Assembly: GCA_021613535.1 (NCBI GenBank)
Contig: CP075495.1
Coordinates: 16,182,001-16,246,000, forward strand
Length of the DNA stretch: 64,000 bases
Direction of reading: 5' to 3'
Source of the DNA: Adineta vaga
Taxonomy: Eukaryota; Animalia; Rotifera
Position numbers and translations under genes: made by a program. The notes beneath the pieces are model-generated. The model made no database searches, was not told where the DNA came from, and saw only the letters and a program-made list of their open reading frames with translations. Shown piece by piece: positions 50,547-62,252 of this stretch (its first letter is position 1; each line of letters begins with the position of its first letter).

Positions 50547-53500
50547 ATGACATCGATTGATAAAACGAAATATAGTGAAGTAACTACAAATGATGAACGA
50601 GCAGATTTCATTTCGACAGTAACTCAAAAAGAACATCGATTAAAGAAACAGTGAATATTTTAGATACATACATTACAAATAAAGTTAAGTATATCTTTGT
50701 ATTGTCTTTAGATCATTATGGTCAATCACTTTCCCAGAAAACCGAATGAAAATCATTTGCACATTTCTGATGCTTATTTTTATTGTGATTAGTGTGATAC
50801 TATTCTTTAATTCGTCTCAATCATCATTATCTAAAAATATTTCTGCAGAAAATGATCAAAGTAATGAATATTTCAAAGTTATGATTTATCACTCTGTAAT
50901 CTACAAGTAACGCTCGCCGTGTCGACTCACTCAGCTCTCGAATGTGGAGGACACTTATTTTTTGCGTGTGTCAAAAGTAAGACAGGTGGCTTAGCAGGTT
51001 TATATACGAGGAAACGGCTCAAATGTTTCTCCTCAATTATTTCTTAATTTCCTAGAACAGAAAACTGAATTTTTCCTTAAAAGTCATTTCCATCAAAACC
51101 TAACTATACAACTCCACCCATACCGCCACCCAGAGTTTCACATACCAGCTAGGCCCATATTCCCGTCCATAGTCTGACCCAAAATCCACCCATGATTTCA
51201 CTCATCACGCAGGTGCATACCCTCACCCACCATCCCCAACCCATAGTCTCACTCACCATCCACGTCCATATCCGCATCCATGGTTTCACCCAACATATAG
51301 GCCATACTCACTGAAACTAATTTCAAACCAGCCTTCACCCAAATGTTTTTTTGACCTTTGACCTTGACACAAATTTACAAACAAACGAACTATTTTTTCA
51401 TATGAGCCTCCTTACAGTCGAGGAAACAATAGTACCCAAAAGGATATCATACCATAAAAGGATATATTCTGTCCTTATTTATTACTTTCTCCTTGTTTGA
51501 TAATTTGTCCTTATTTCGCATGCTATTCTTTTTATCTTTTGTTCGACTCTTTTTCGGAGGCGTATACAAATACCTCTATTTTATAAGACCAATACGAGAT
51601 GCAATAAGAAGAAAGGCACGACGACGCAATACAATAAGCACTAGAGCCACTTCAATCTAACAGCGTCGCAAGCAACCCACACCCTCGCTGTTCTATCCAG
51701 AGATGGGCAACTTCGCGAGTAAACAACTCCAACTTCATTTCAACTCCGATTTATAAAATCCAAATGGAATGAACATTAAACTTAAAAAGAATGCTTTTAA
51801 CATTAATTTAGATTTACTACGAACATCAATAATAATCATTTGTCATTTACAGAAGTTTTATATCTTTGCAAAATTTCCATAGATGTAATAGATTTGAGTC
51901 AATCGATCACGATTACATTTGATAAATGTTAGTTTAGCTAATGTATCTCTTGATATCTCTATTTTTCTCTTTCGTTGCATTTAGCTAAGATCCCCTATAT
52001 AGTTTTTTTTGTCGTTCTTTTATTAGTCATAACATCAGTTATAGTTCAACTGACGTTGGAAAATAGTGCCAACTCCAACTCCGCTCAGAAGCATTCGAAC
52101 GCCACTCGAACTCAATACCCCATTAAAAACAAATCTATACCATCTCAACACCCACTCCAGGAAAAATCATTAACTCAGGAACTGAAGTTGCCCATCAATG
52201 ATTCCATCCACCATAACTTCTGTCTGCCGCCATCCAAACACACACCCACTAAAAACATCAACCCATCATACAAGCAATACTTCGCCACCTGAGCCCACAT
52301 CTTCACCGTCACCCTCACCCGCCAACCAAACCTACGATTAAAATTTCCACCAAGCTCCACACACTCATCTATGTTCTCACCCTCACCCTCACCCATATCC
52401 ATACACCCCACTCGACGTTGCCCCATTCTACTATCAATTTTCGATGTTAGGGACTATTTTAGAAAAAATGTTTTTTTTGACCTTTGACCCTAACACAAAT
52501 TTACAAACAGACAAACAGACAAACTTCTTTTTTTTTCGTATGACCCTCCTTACAGTCGAGGGAATAAATAATGAATAACTTTTTATAGCAGATACAATTC
52601 TTCAACTACGATCCCATAAAAAACGTGAAGTAATTGATTTTATATCTATTTATAATTCATTTATTTATTTCCATTTATTTATTTGATAGAGACGTCGATT
52701 ACCAGATACTCTTGGCCATATGAATATTTATATAGACAGATATAATCGAGACAAATATTATCCACATCGTTTTCCAGTTGCTCGATATGATCGACGTCGC
52801 ATGCGTTCGTTTTATTTTGTTTGTTGTCTTTATTGGACAAGTTTCATTTTTATTTCTATTTTCTAGCATTACGTGGTCCATTTCTCAGTTTTATGCCACG
52901 GGTTCCTATATTTGCTGATCGATTAACTAAACAAACAATTATATTTTCATCATCAGGCGGTATTAAATGTTTTTAATGAATTGTAGTAATAATTTTGTTA
53001 TTTTATTTTTAGTTTATATTCTGCCACCGTTGATCAATATCTACGGTCAATTATTTTCAGTAGCTCAACTTATTGCTTCAGGTTCTGCAAGTTTAGTAAG
53101 TAGTGGATCAGCATTGAATGGAAACATTGATATGCTTCATTATTTTCAACCACAGCCTTGTAAGCTTTTATTATCTTTATTTATGATTATTGTAAGATAT
53201 TTTGTTACTGTATCAATTAGTACTTGGTCCAGGTATTCCTGTGATCAATCCTTTAATAGGTGGTTTTACTGGTGGTATGTATGGTAATTTTGGTTCATTT
53301 CGAAAAACTCGAGATTATGAATCACCATCAAATATTGATTATTCATATGAAAGAGATGATGATGATGATAGTTATGAGGAAGAAGAAAGAAAACCAAACC
53401 GTTATCGACGTCCATACAATTCATATAGAAATACCAGAAAACCATATAAGACAACCAGATATTCAAGTACAATATCGAGTGAGTCAAAAGTTGCCTAACA

Positions 53501-56168
53501 GTTTGTTTTGGATACCATATATGTCAGGTTCAGAGAACCGTCATGTCTACACCTTCTTTTTTCAGCAGTATCTTCAAATGAACTAAAAATTTGGATTTAC
53601 TATTGATTTTACTTATGAATTTTCAGATGTATACACCAAATCACAGACAAATTTTTTACATGATACCACGAACGTTCTTTGAAGAACTGTTCAAGATGAC
53701 TATGAGTAAATAAGAGTCATGCTTACATGTACCCTTAAAACTATACTCGCATACACTAATAGAAAGCAGAAAAGTGTTGTATTTGAATAATATTTTGTAA
53801 TATTAGGATCTTTAACATTGTCTATATTTCTATTTTGATTCTCTATTATTCTGTTTCAGCATTGGGTCCAACAGTTACTGTCTTAGTGAAGAATAACGAT
53901 ACAATTGACATAGTTAACAGTTACACGTGTTTGGTGTCTGTACTGAATTTAAGAGCTACAGATAATTCTACAGTGACCAATGCTTGCGCACTTCATCAAC
54001 TGAATATTGAAGCCAATGAAAATGCAAACGTCACTTCAACACCATTATCATGTCCAAAAACTATCAAAGTTCATGCTACAGATGCAGCTCATGTCAATGA
54101 TATATGTGCAATAGATTTTATGAAGATAGAAAGCGAGGATAAATCTATCGTCACTATTGACTCAACATCAACATGTCCTAAAATGACTGTTGTTATAGCT
54201 ATGGACACATCTGAAGTTCAAAATATCTGTGCTATCAATCAAATGAATATAGTGGTATTTCTGGCTAATAATATTACATTTAACTCAGATTTGTCATGTG
54301 CAAAAGTTAGTACTTTTGATATGTCATTTGTTGGTTTCGTTTCCGATCTTTGTCCAAGTGAAGAAATGAATATAGCAGTTGCTTATACACCCACTGTTTC
54401 TATTAATTCATCACTTGCATGCTCAAAAACGGTTCAGCTTGATGCTCATGACACGGGTGCAATTTCCAATCTCTGTGCCAGTGAAGTAATAAATATAACA
54501 GTTATTCGTATAGGTCCTCTTACTATTAATTCAGCAACTGCATGTCCGAAAAAGGTTCTTCTTGATGCTAAGGACATGAACGGAGTTTTCAATCTTTCTG
54601 CAAGTGAAAAAATGAATATAAAAGTTATCAATACAGGTCCTCTTACTATTAATTCAGCAACTGCATGTCCGAAAAAGGTTCTTCTTAATGCTAAGGACGT
54701 GAACGAAGTTTTCAATCTTTGTGCAAGTGAAAAAATGAATATAACAATCAAGCAAATGAGATTTCTTATTATTAATTCAGCAACTGCATGTCCAGAAAAG
54801 GTTTTTCTTGATGTTGAAAACGTAGGTGAAATTTCCAATCTTTGTGCAAGTGAAGAAATGAATTTAAAAGTCACGAGGATAGGGCCTACTTCTATTGATT
54901 CAGCAGCTGCATGCCCAAAACAAGTTATTCTCGATGCTCTAATGATCGGTACAATTTCCAATCTTTGTGCAAGTGAAGAAATGAACATAACAATTGCTAA
55001 TATATGTCCTCTTACTATTGATTCATCAACTGCATGTCCGAAAAAGGTTCTTCTCGATGCTAAGCACATGAACGGAGTTTTCAATCTTTGTGCAAGTGAA
55101 AAAATGAACATAACAGTTGCTAATATAGGTCCTCTTACTATTGATTCATCAACTGTATGCCCAAAAAGAGTCGTTCTCGGTGCTAAAAAAATAGGTGCAG
55201 TTAGCAATTTATGTGCAAGTGAAGAAATGAATATAACAGTTATCGAAATAGATTCTATTTCTATTAATTCAGTAACTGCATGCCCAAAAAGAGTCGTTCT
55301 CGATGCTCGATACATGGGTGCAGTTAGCAATTTATGTGCAAGTGAAGAAATGAATATAACAGTTACTTATATGGAACCTCTTATTATTGATTCATCAACT
55401 GCATGCCCAAAAAGAGTCGTTCTCGATGCTCGATACATGAGTGCAGTTAGCAATTTATGTGCAAGTGAAGAAATGAATATAACAGTTACTTATATGAAAC
55501 CTCTTATTATTGATTCATCAACTGCATGCCCAAAAACGGTTCTTCTTCATGGTAACATCACAGATGGAATTTACAATCTCTGTGCAAGTGAAAAAATGAA
55601 TATAACAACCGCTAATATAGATACTGTCTCTATCGATTCATCAAGTGTATGTCCAAAAACAGTTGTTCTTAATGCTATTCAAACGACGAATATTTCGGAT
55701 ATTTGTGCGAGTAAAATACTAAATATGATCTTACAAGATACTATGGTTGCTTTGAACTCATCGTGGCAATGCCCAGCATTAACTGTTCTTAATATTACAC
55801 AGAATAGTTCTGTCGTGAATATTTGTGCAGAAGAGTCATTGAAAATTGAAGGCTCTGATTCAACTGTTAATGTTAGTACATCTAGCTGTCCTACATTTGC
55901 CGCTGTCACAGGTACAGATAGATTGACTGTTCATGATCTTTGTTCATTGAATGAAATCCATATTGATGTTACAAATTCTACAATATATATGGAAAGAACA
56001 ACATGTCCAACTATTGCAAATGTCATAGCAACTGAATCAGCATTAGTATATGTTTGTGCTACGGTGGCAATCAATGCAATTGTATCGGAAGATGCAACAG
56101 TATACTATCAAGGGCCATTGAATCATACAGACACAAGTAGTGGTGGTGTATTATTAACATGGCCATAA
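50547..56168 (+). CDS. Membrane-anchored protein: duplicated N-terminal module + Cys-rich 41-aa tandem repeat (GIN/DUF2807-like beta-solenoid); last exon 53860-56168
   Basis: Exons 50547-53478 are homologous to 38006-39260 and stay in phase; 123-bp repeats LCASEEMNITV....PL.IDSSTACPK.V.LDA......SN; the 53479-53859 splice is inferred. Confidence 0.75.
50896..52565. mobile_element. Intronic composite of HINE-like repeats with C-rich degenerate ACCC arrays
   Basis: ~85-bp end block GACCTTTGACC...ACAAACA...CCTCCTTACAGTCGAGG at ~51340-51424 and ~52467-52561; related CCTTCCACAGTCGAGGG at ~49968. Confidence 0.55.
51698..52200. mobile_element. hAT-like MITE
   Basis: TIR CA(GA/TT)GATGGGCAACTTC; TSD GTTCTATC/ATTCCATC (6/8). 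Confidence 0.7.
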
Positions 56169-56256
56169 AGCTTATTCAGAAACTACTCTGTACAGACATC
56201 TATAAACAATCCAAAAATCAATATCTTTACATGATGTAATATAACAACTAAGCCCT

Positions 56257-56522
56257 GAATATGTCAAAATAATTGTAATACATTTTATCTCTCTGACATT
56301 TCAATATCTACGTAGATCCATAGTGTAATTTTAGACCTTTTTTTTTAAAAAGATGCGTGATCTTATTCGAAAGCAAAATAGACGCAATTTTTTATTATTC
56401 AGATCGCGTTAGTGGTGAAATACGCTTATGACTCACCAATTCAAGTCGGATTCCACATTTGACAACATTTTCTTACTGAAATATGTTCACCATAAAAGCA
56501 TTACAATTATTTTGACATATTC
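56257..56522. repeat. Short inverted-repeat element (MITE)
   Basis: GAATATGTCAAAATAATTGTAAT at 56257 and its reverse complement ending 56522. Confidence 0.7.
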
Positions 56523-56763
56523 GATACTCTTTTCTAGCTGCTATTATCTATTTGATTCGTTTTTTATAGCTTATTTGTAATTTAATACATATACAATATG
56601 TTATGTTGTTTCTTCTCATATATTAACTCGGAAAACTATATTGAGATAGTTGAGGGTTTCACTTTTACTTATACCTTATGCCTTTCATTTATTAAGCTTC
56701 AGTTTGCTAATTGTTAAAAATAGAATTTTTATCAATTGAAGATCATATTCTAAAAATTCAATT

Positions 56764-58482
56764 ATGAGTTACATAATGATTGTTACAATTGTGCTTATTT
56801 TTCTACCACTGCAATGTTTGTTGGAGAGAACAACAATATCAAATGATCGTCTCAATATTGCTTATCAAGCAATGAATGTTAATCATGTTCAAAGATCATC
56901 AATAACGATTCATGATTTAATTCAAAATTTCTTAATATTATTTATTATTATTCAAAGTTCCGAAGATATTGAACGAATAATTTATACCATTCTTCGACTT
57001 TGTCTACCATCAAAATCACATCCAACACTATCATCATTATCAACTGATAATGAATATCCTATGGTTGCTATACAATTACCTATGATGAATGAAAAGGAAT
57101 TTTGTATTTCAATGATTACATGTGCTTGCAATTTAGATTGGTCAAAAGATCGTTTAATTATTCAAGTATTAGATGATTCTACTGATGAAATAGTTATGAA
57201 AATGATTGATCAATGTGTACATGAATGGTTTGATCGAGGATATCGAATTAGTGTTATTCGACGTCAAAATAGACAAGGTTTTAAAGCGGGAAACTTGAAA
57301 AATGGATTAGAAAAGATTCAAGAATGTGAATTTATTGCATTATTTGATGTTGATTTTTTGCCGAAGAAAAATTTTTTATTAAAAACAATACCTATTCTTA
57401 TAAAAGATCCAAAAGCAGCCTATGCACAAGCAAGATGGACATTTATAAATGGAAAAGAATCATTATTAACACAAATGCAAGAAATTGTTCTCAATCATCA
57501 TCATAAATGCGAACAAGAGGTCAAATATCGTATGTCTTCTTTCTTTCAGTTTAATGGATCTGCCTGTGTTTGGCGAACAAAAGCTATTTATCAATGTGGA
57601 GGCTGGCATACAGATACTTTAGTAGAAGATTTAGATATTTCAGTTCGAGCTTATATGAATGGTTGGCATTCTGCTTATGTAGTCGATGTTGAATGTCTTA
57701 ATGAACTTCCACCTACATTTAGCGCCTATCTTTTACAACAATATCGATGGTTCAGTGGACCTGCACAAGTATTTCGAAAATTATTTCAAGCAGTTTGTAC
57801 AACTTCTCACATGAATATTTATCAAAAATTACATTGTTTATGGATGCTTTTTCGACCATGTCTTTATATTATTCGTTTTATTATATTTCTATTGAATATT
57901 GCCATCAATGCTTGTTTACAAAAAACATCTTATGTGAATATGTTTATTACATTTTTTCCAATACTTCTAAGTTCAAATATTTTGTATTATACATCGGAAA
58001 AAATTCATCTAACGATCGTCTATTCTCTTTTTTGTAATGCCATGTTATTTCATCATGCGATTTCTGCAATAGCAGGCTTTCTTAATTTGAATTCTGCTAA
58101 AAAATGGATTGTTACTCCAAAATTTGGCACTCAGACACATTTAAATATTGAAGAAAAACAAATTGATCCTTACCGTAATGACAATACAAATGTTCAATAT
58201 TGTAACCAATGTATTCATTCGATTGTATCCACAGAAAATACGTTATTGCTATGGAATATAATTAAAAATATTATCATATCACAAACTTCAATTTTTCTTA
58301 CGATTCGGCACAAATTTAACTATTTGCAAATTCATAAAGGATATTTAGTTATGACTTTGTATATTTTTGTATTTTCATATGTCGCATTTCTGAATGAACA
58401 ATATCTTATTAGTCTACATTTGATGTTAAATGCATTTACTTATACTGTATTTACATTCGGATATTTAGGTAGATTTGAATAA
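56764..58482 (+). CDS. Processive GT2 glycosyltransferase, cellulose-synthase-like A/C (mannan/glucan synthase) type, intronless
   Basis: PMVAIQLPMMNEKE, IQVLDDSTD, RQNRQGFKAGNL, FDVDF, QARW, FNGSACVWR, TLVEDLD, ELP, QQYRW, WIVTPK.G; C-terminal TM helices. Confidence 0.92.
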   Translation: MSYIMIVTIVLIFLPLQCLLERTTISNDRLNIAYQAMNVNHVQRSSITIHDLIQNFLILFIIIQSSEDIERIIYTILRLCLPSKSHPTLSSLSTDNEYPMVAIQLPMMNEKEFCISMITCACNLDWSKDRLIIQVLDDSTDEIVMKMIDQCVHEWFDRGYRISVIRRQNRQGFKAGNLKNGLEKIQECEFIALFDVDFLPKKNFLLKTIPILIKDPKAAYAQARWTFINGKESLLTQMQEIVLNHHHKCEQEVKYRMSSFFQFNGSACVWRTKAIYQCGGWHTDTLVEDLDISVRAYMNGWHSAYVVDVECLNELPPTFSAYLLQQYRWFSGPAQVFRKLFQAVCTTSHMNIYQKLHCLWMLFRPCLYIIRFIIFLLNIAINACLQKTSYVNMFITFFPILLSSNILYYTSEKIHLTIVYSLFCNAMLFHHAISAIAGFLNLNSAKKWIVTPKFGTQTHLNIEEKQIDPYRNDNTNVQYCNQCIHSIVSTENTLLLWNIIKNIIISQTSIFLTIRHKFNYLQIHKGYLVMTLYIFVFSYVAFLNEQYLISLHLMLNAFTYTVFTFGYLGRFE

Positions 58483-58920
58483 AACTAATTGTTAAACTTC
58501 ACATTTCTGAAGAAATTCTATGTTGAGAAGTGACTCATAAAGTGTGAATTGATTAATATTATTGCACTAAGCTAGGTTGGCGTTTTTCTTGTGATGAAAA
58601 GTGTAGGTGTGACTGTATTTGTATTCTTTTTTCGGACCCCATCCTCATCCACCCTAATGTTTTATCAAATCTTTATAAGTTTTGTATTTTAAGAAAGATT
58701 TCGTCTTGCATTATTGACAATCTATCGAGAGTTAATGGGGAATTTGATTTTGCGGCAAATTCAAATAGACGCTGGTATTTTCTCAGCAAAATCGATAAAA
58801 ACATATTTTACGATGAGCACTAAACTCGAACTAAATACAGACTTATCTGTCACATCAGGCATTTTCAGCGGTGGTGCGTACTGAAGTGAAGACATTTTAG
58901 AGGTAGAGCAGTCTTAACAA

Positions 58921-59042
58921 TCTTAGCGGTTTATCGGTTTAGTGGTCTAAGCGGTCTTAGCGGTCTAAGTGGTTTAGTGGTCTTAGCGGTCTTAGCGGTC
59001 TAAGTGGTTTAGCGGTCTTAGGTGGTCCTAGTTGTCTAAGCG
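58921..59042. repeat. 9-10-bp minisatellite (TTAGCGGTC-like)
   Basis: Tandem cttagcggt/ctaagtggt units. Confidence 0.85.
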
Positions 59043-59717
59043 AGAAATCTGATGTTAGAAATTTGCTGGTTCTACGGATATAGTGTTTCTACTAGTGTTT
59101 ATGTAATGCTGAAAAAGGCATATGATGATTTGTGGAAGAAACAAGTAGTATATTTGAATGTAGCGAGCATTGCCAGAGATAAATGAACACGTACGGTTAC
59201 TGTATGAAAGTCGCAGATTTGCTACGTTGCTGTTGTCGTATGTATACTAAAAATCAAGTTGTATTCCTTTCTGATGAAACAATTGTTATTTGGATAGCTG
59301 TTTGTGTAGTGTATCGTAGCATATTAGAAAGGAAATAACTACATAGCTGGAATGATTTATATTTGAATTTGACGGAACTATATAATTACAGTGATTTGAT
59401 ATGTACAAGTGATGATGAATTTATTTGAGTAACATACAACGATATCACGACTGAATGGATTTTATGTCCAACTTGAAAGATAATAATCGATGTTATATTA
59501 ATTACTTTAGTTGTCCAACAGACAAAAAGACTGATTTTGTTTGATATGTAATGTGTTCATTGACAACGCTGTATTTGAATGGCATAAAAATATTATCGTT
59601 TTCTCAATATATTTTCTGATAGTTTATTCTCTTTTAAAGATTCAAGAAAACCAGAAAATAAAATTAATCAAAGAAAAATAGATTGGAGCAAAAGTTACGA
59701 AATGACGCATGATTTGA

Positions 59718-62099
59718 TTAGTCGTTATCGTCATCTTGACCACTAAGATCAACATAACCGTCATCGTTTTGATATTCATCCTTATTTGATTCTTCAATTA
59801 ATAATGTTTCAAATACGCAATAGGTTTGATGCATCGATTGATCTTCAATTTTGTATTCAAGATTAGTACCAATGATAAGACCAACTTGAGCAGGATCTTC
59901 ACTTAGTTTATCACAATTTTTCAGATGAAACAGTAAAATCGTGAAGAGTGCTGATGTTGGATAAGCAAAACTTCGTAGAGCAAGTTTGAAATTGGTTAAA
60001 TATGAAAAAGTTTGTTCAGCTAAACTGGTATTAATTCCTATAAAATCCATCTTGTTCTGTTCAGAATCAGGATTGAAGATAGTTTTACATAGCTTCCCTT
60101 TATGAACGGTGTTATGAAACCGATCAGTAACCAATTTCATTTCCATCAATTGTTGTGTGTATCTTGTTTTTTGCATGTATTCACCGTTGAATCGAAATTG
60201 CCAAAATTTAAACAATTGACACGCTGCATCATATACAAGCAAAGATGGAATTTTTGCACCTAATTTCAACATAGTTAATAAATGATCAGTTATTTTCCTT
60301 GGACCTTCATGATTAACACTGTCGGAAAATCCAATGATAATTCCACAATTAAGAAATGACGCAATAAAACCCATTGAACGTTTTTTCGTTTCAAAACGTT
60401 CTTCAATGTCGCTTCGACCAACATTGCATTGTGATTCTTCTTCTTCAAATTTCTTGAAGAAAATCAAATAATTCCGAAGTTCTTCATCAGATAATTTGCT
60501 ACTTATAGATTGTTCTTCTGCAAATTGCATCCGATGATGATCACAATAATAATTTCCACCGTCTGCAATTGAATATGAAATTATAGGTTTTTAATATTGA
60601 AATGCTTTTCTATCGCAATGCGTATTCTATCAGTTAACTCCTTACATTATAAATTTAATTCAAATTATTCTCTTTTGTTGAAATAATCAAGGTCGTTCAA
60701 TTTTTAATAAATACATGCTTACCATTTGATTCTCTTTTATCTGACTGTCGTCTTCTTGGCATGTAAGGACAACCTTTATTTAACGGACCGAGTTCATGAA
60801 CATTGATCAAGCTTGTAACATTATCGTATTTACACACCAATCTTCTTCTGAAAGAAATAAAATAAAATAAAATAATAACTGTTCTTTATAATCTATTAAA
60901 TGTGAATCTGTTTTATATTAAAAAAGTATTTGTTTTCAGAATAAAAACATCCTCTTTAGAAAATAAAATAAGTATAATCTAAATAATTCAAATAGGAGTG
61001 AGATATGAACCTCTGAAACATGCTATGAATCAGAAAACTAAACATAAAGTGAAAACTTTTTGTATATAATTAAAACTTACGGCTTTTGATGACCATCTAG
61101 TATAATCACGCGTGAACAATAACCACATTTGCAACTTCCGAATATATCTTCATGATTAGACCAGAAAACAGTAAATACATGATAGATCCAGTTCAGATTT
61201 CGTTCGATAAATATTGCGCGTGATGATTGACCACCTTTCACTTTTGTTCTGCTTTCAGCTATTGCATATGGATATGATATTTCTTTCGATTTACTTGTCA
61301 TAAAAATGAAATTAGTTAATTCATAATATAAACAAACTGATTGTAAATTACGAGCTAAAGTATCCATTGTAATAATATCGACAATATCTTGATGAAGTCT
61401 TCTGAAAATTTTCACAGTAGCAGACGAGAAACCTTCGAAAGTAACATAATTGTCTATTAATTGAGATGAGAATGAAATAAGAAATTCTTTTGCAAAGACA
61501 GGTGATCCAGAATAATGTATATAATTAGCCTTTTGTGATTCCAATGTCACAAGTGTTTCCTTCCGATTTATTAAATAAATTGAAGATACTCGATATGATC
61601 GATGACATCGATGACAATCAGCTTTATATAAAAGACAAGGTTGAATTTTTGTGCAATAAATAATATTACCAGCACCATGAAATATAATCTTTAACTGTTC
61701 ATAACACATAACACAACTTGTTCGATATGGAAGAAGTGAAACAGGAGTAAAAAATTTTGAAAATCCAGATTGAGGTTGAAGAGTTTTGTATTCATTGAGA
61801 TAATGATGCATTTTTTCGATATTGCAATCAAAAGTAAGTTCTACTTGTGTGTCATGATTACCCGTCAAAATATTGTGAGCAATAAGAAGTTCATTACAAG
61901 TATAATCAATGCCTGTTTCCTTCTTCAAAACAAAACATATAAAATCCAATCTTTCTTCACTTGCACTTGGTGGAGGTAGTGGACGAATATAACTTGTTGG
62001 TATCAGATATCCCACATTGATAATGATTAGCGCTGCCTTAAAAGAACGTTTCGCTTCATCTGGAAATGCCAATTGAAGACGTTCAGATATAATATTCAT
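59718..62099 (-). CDS. KDZ (Kyakuja-like) transposase, exons 62099-61081, 60847-60723, 60562-59718 (~662 aa), apparently intact
   Basis: CVMC...DCHRC...Y, CKCGYC...ILDGHQKP|RRLVC, GCP, YCDHH, NCGIIIG, YDAAC, DRFHNTVH...C, NTSLAEQTF; both GT-AG introns keep the frame. Confidence 0.85.
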
Positions 62100-62252
62100 C
62101 AATAATATCTGAAAAAAATAGAACCTTATAGAGATGTTCTCTATTGACAGGTTAATATAGAAAAAAAACCGATATAAGAAAAATTCTTTTTCTAGAACAT
62201 AAAAGCTTTCATTCGTGTTGATTGCACGCATGACATGAGAAACTAATTATTG

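Noticed and set aside
51975-52426. ORFs with TM-like or Gly-rich composition
   Set aside because: They span a MITE boundary and C-rich repeats inside an intron.
54446-55909. Minus-strand ORFs of 294 and 76 aa
   Set aside because: Antisense shadows of the repetitive solenoid exon.
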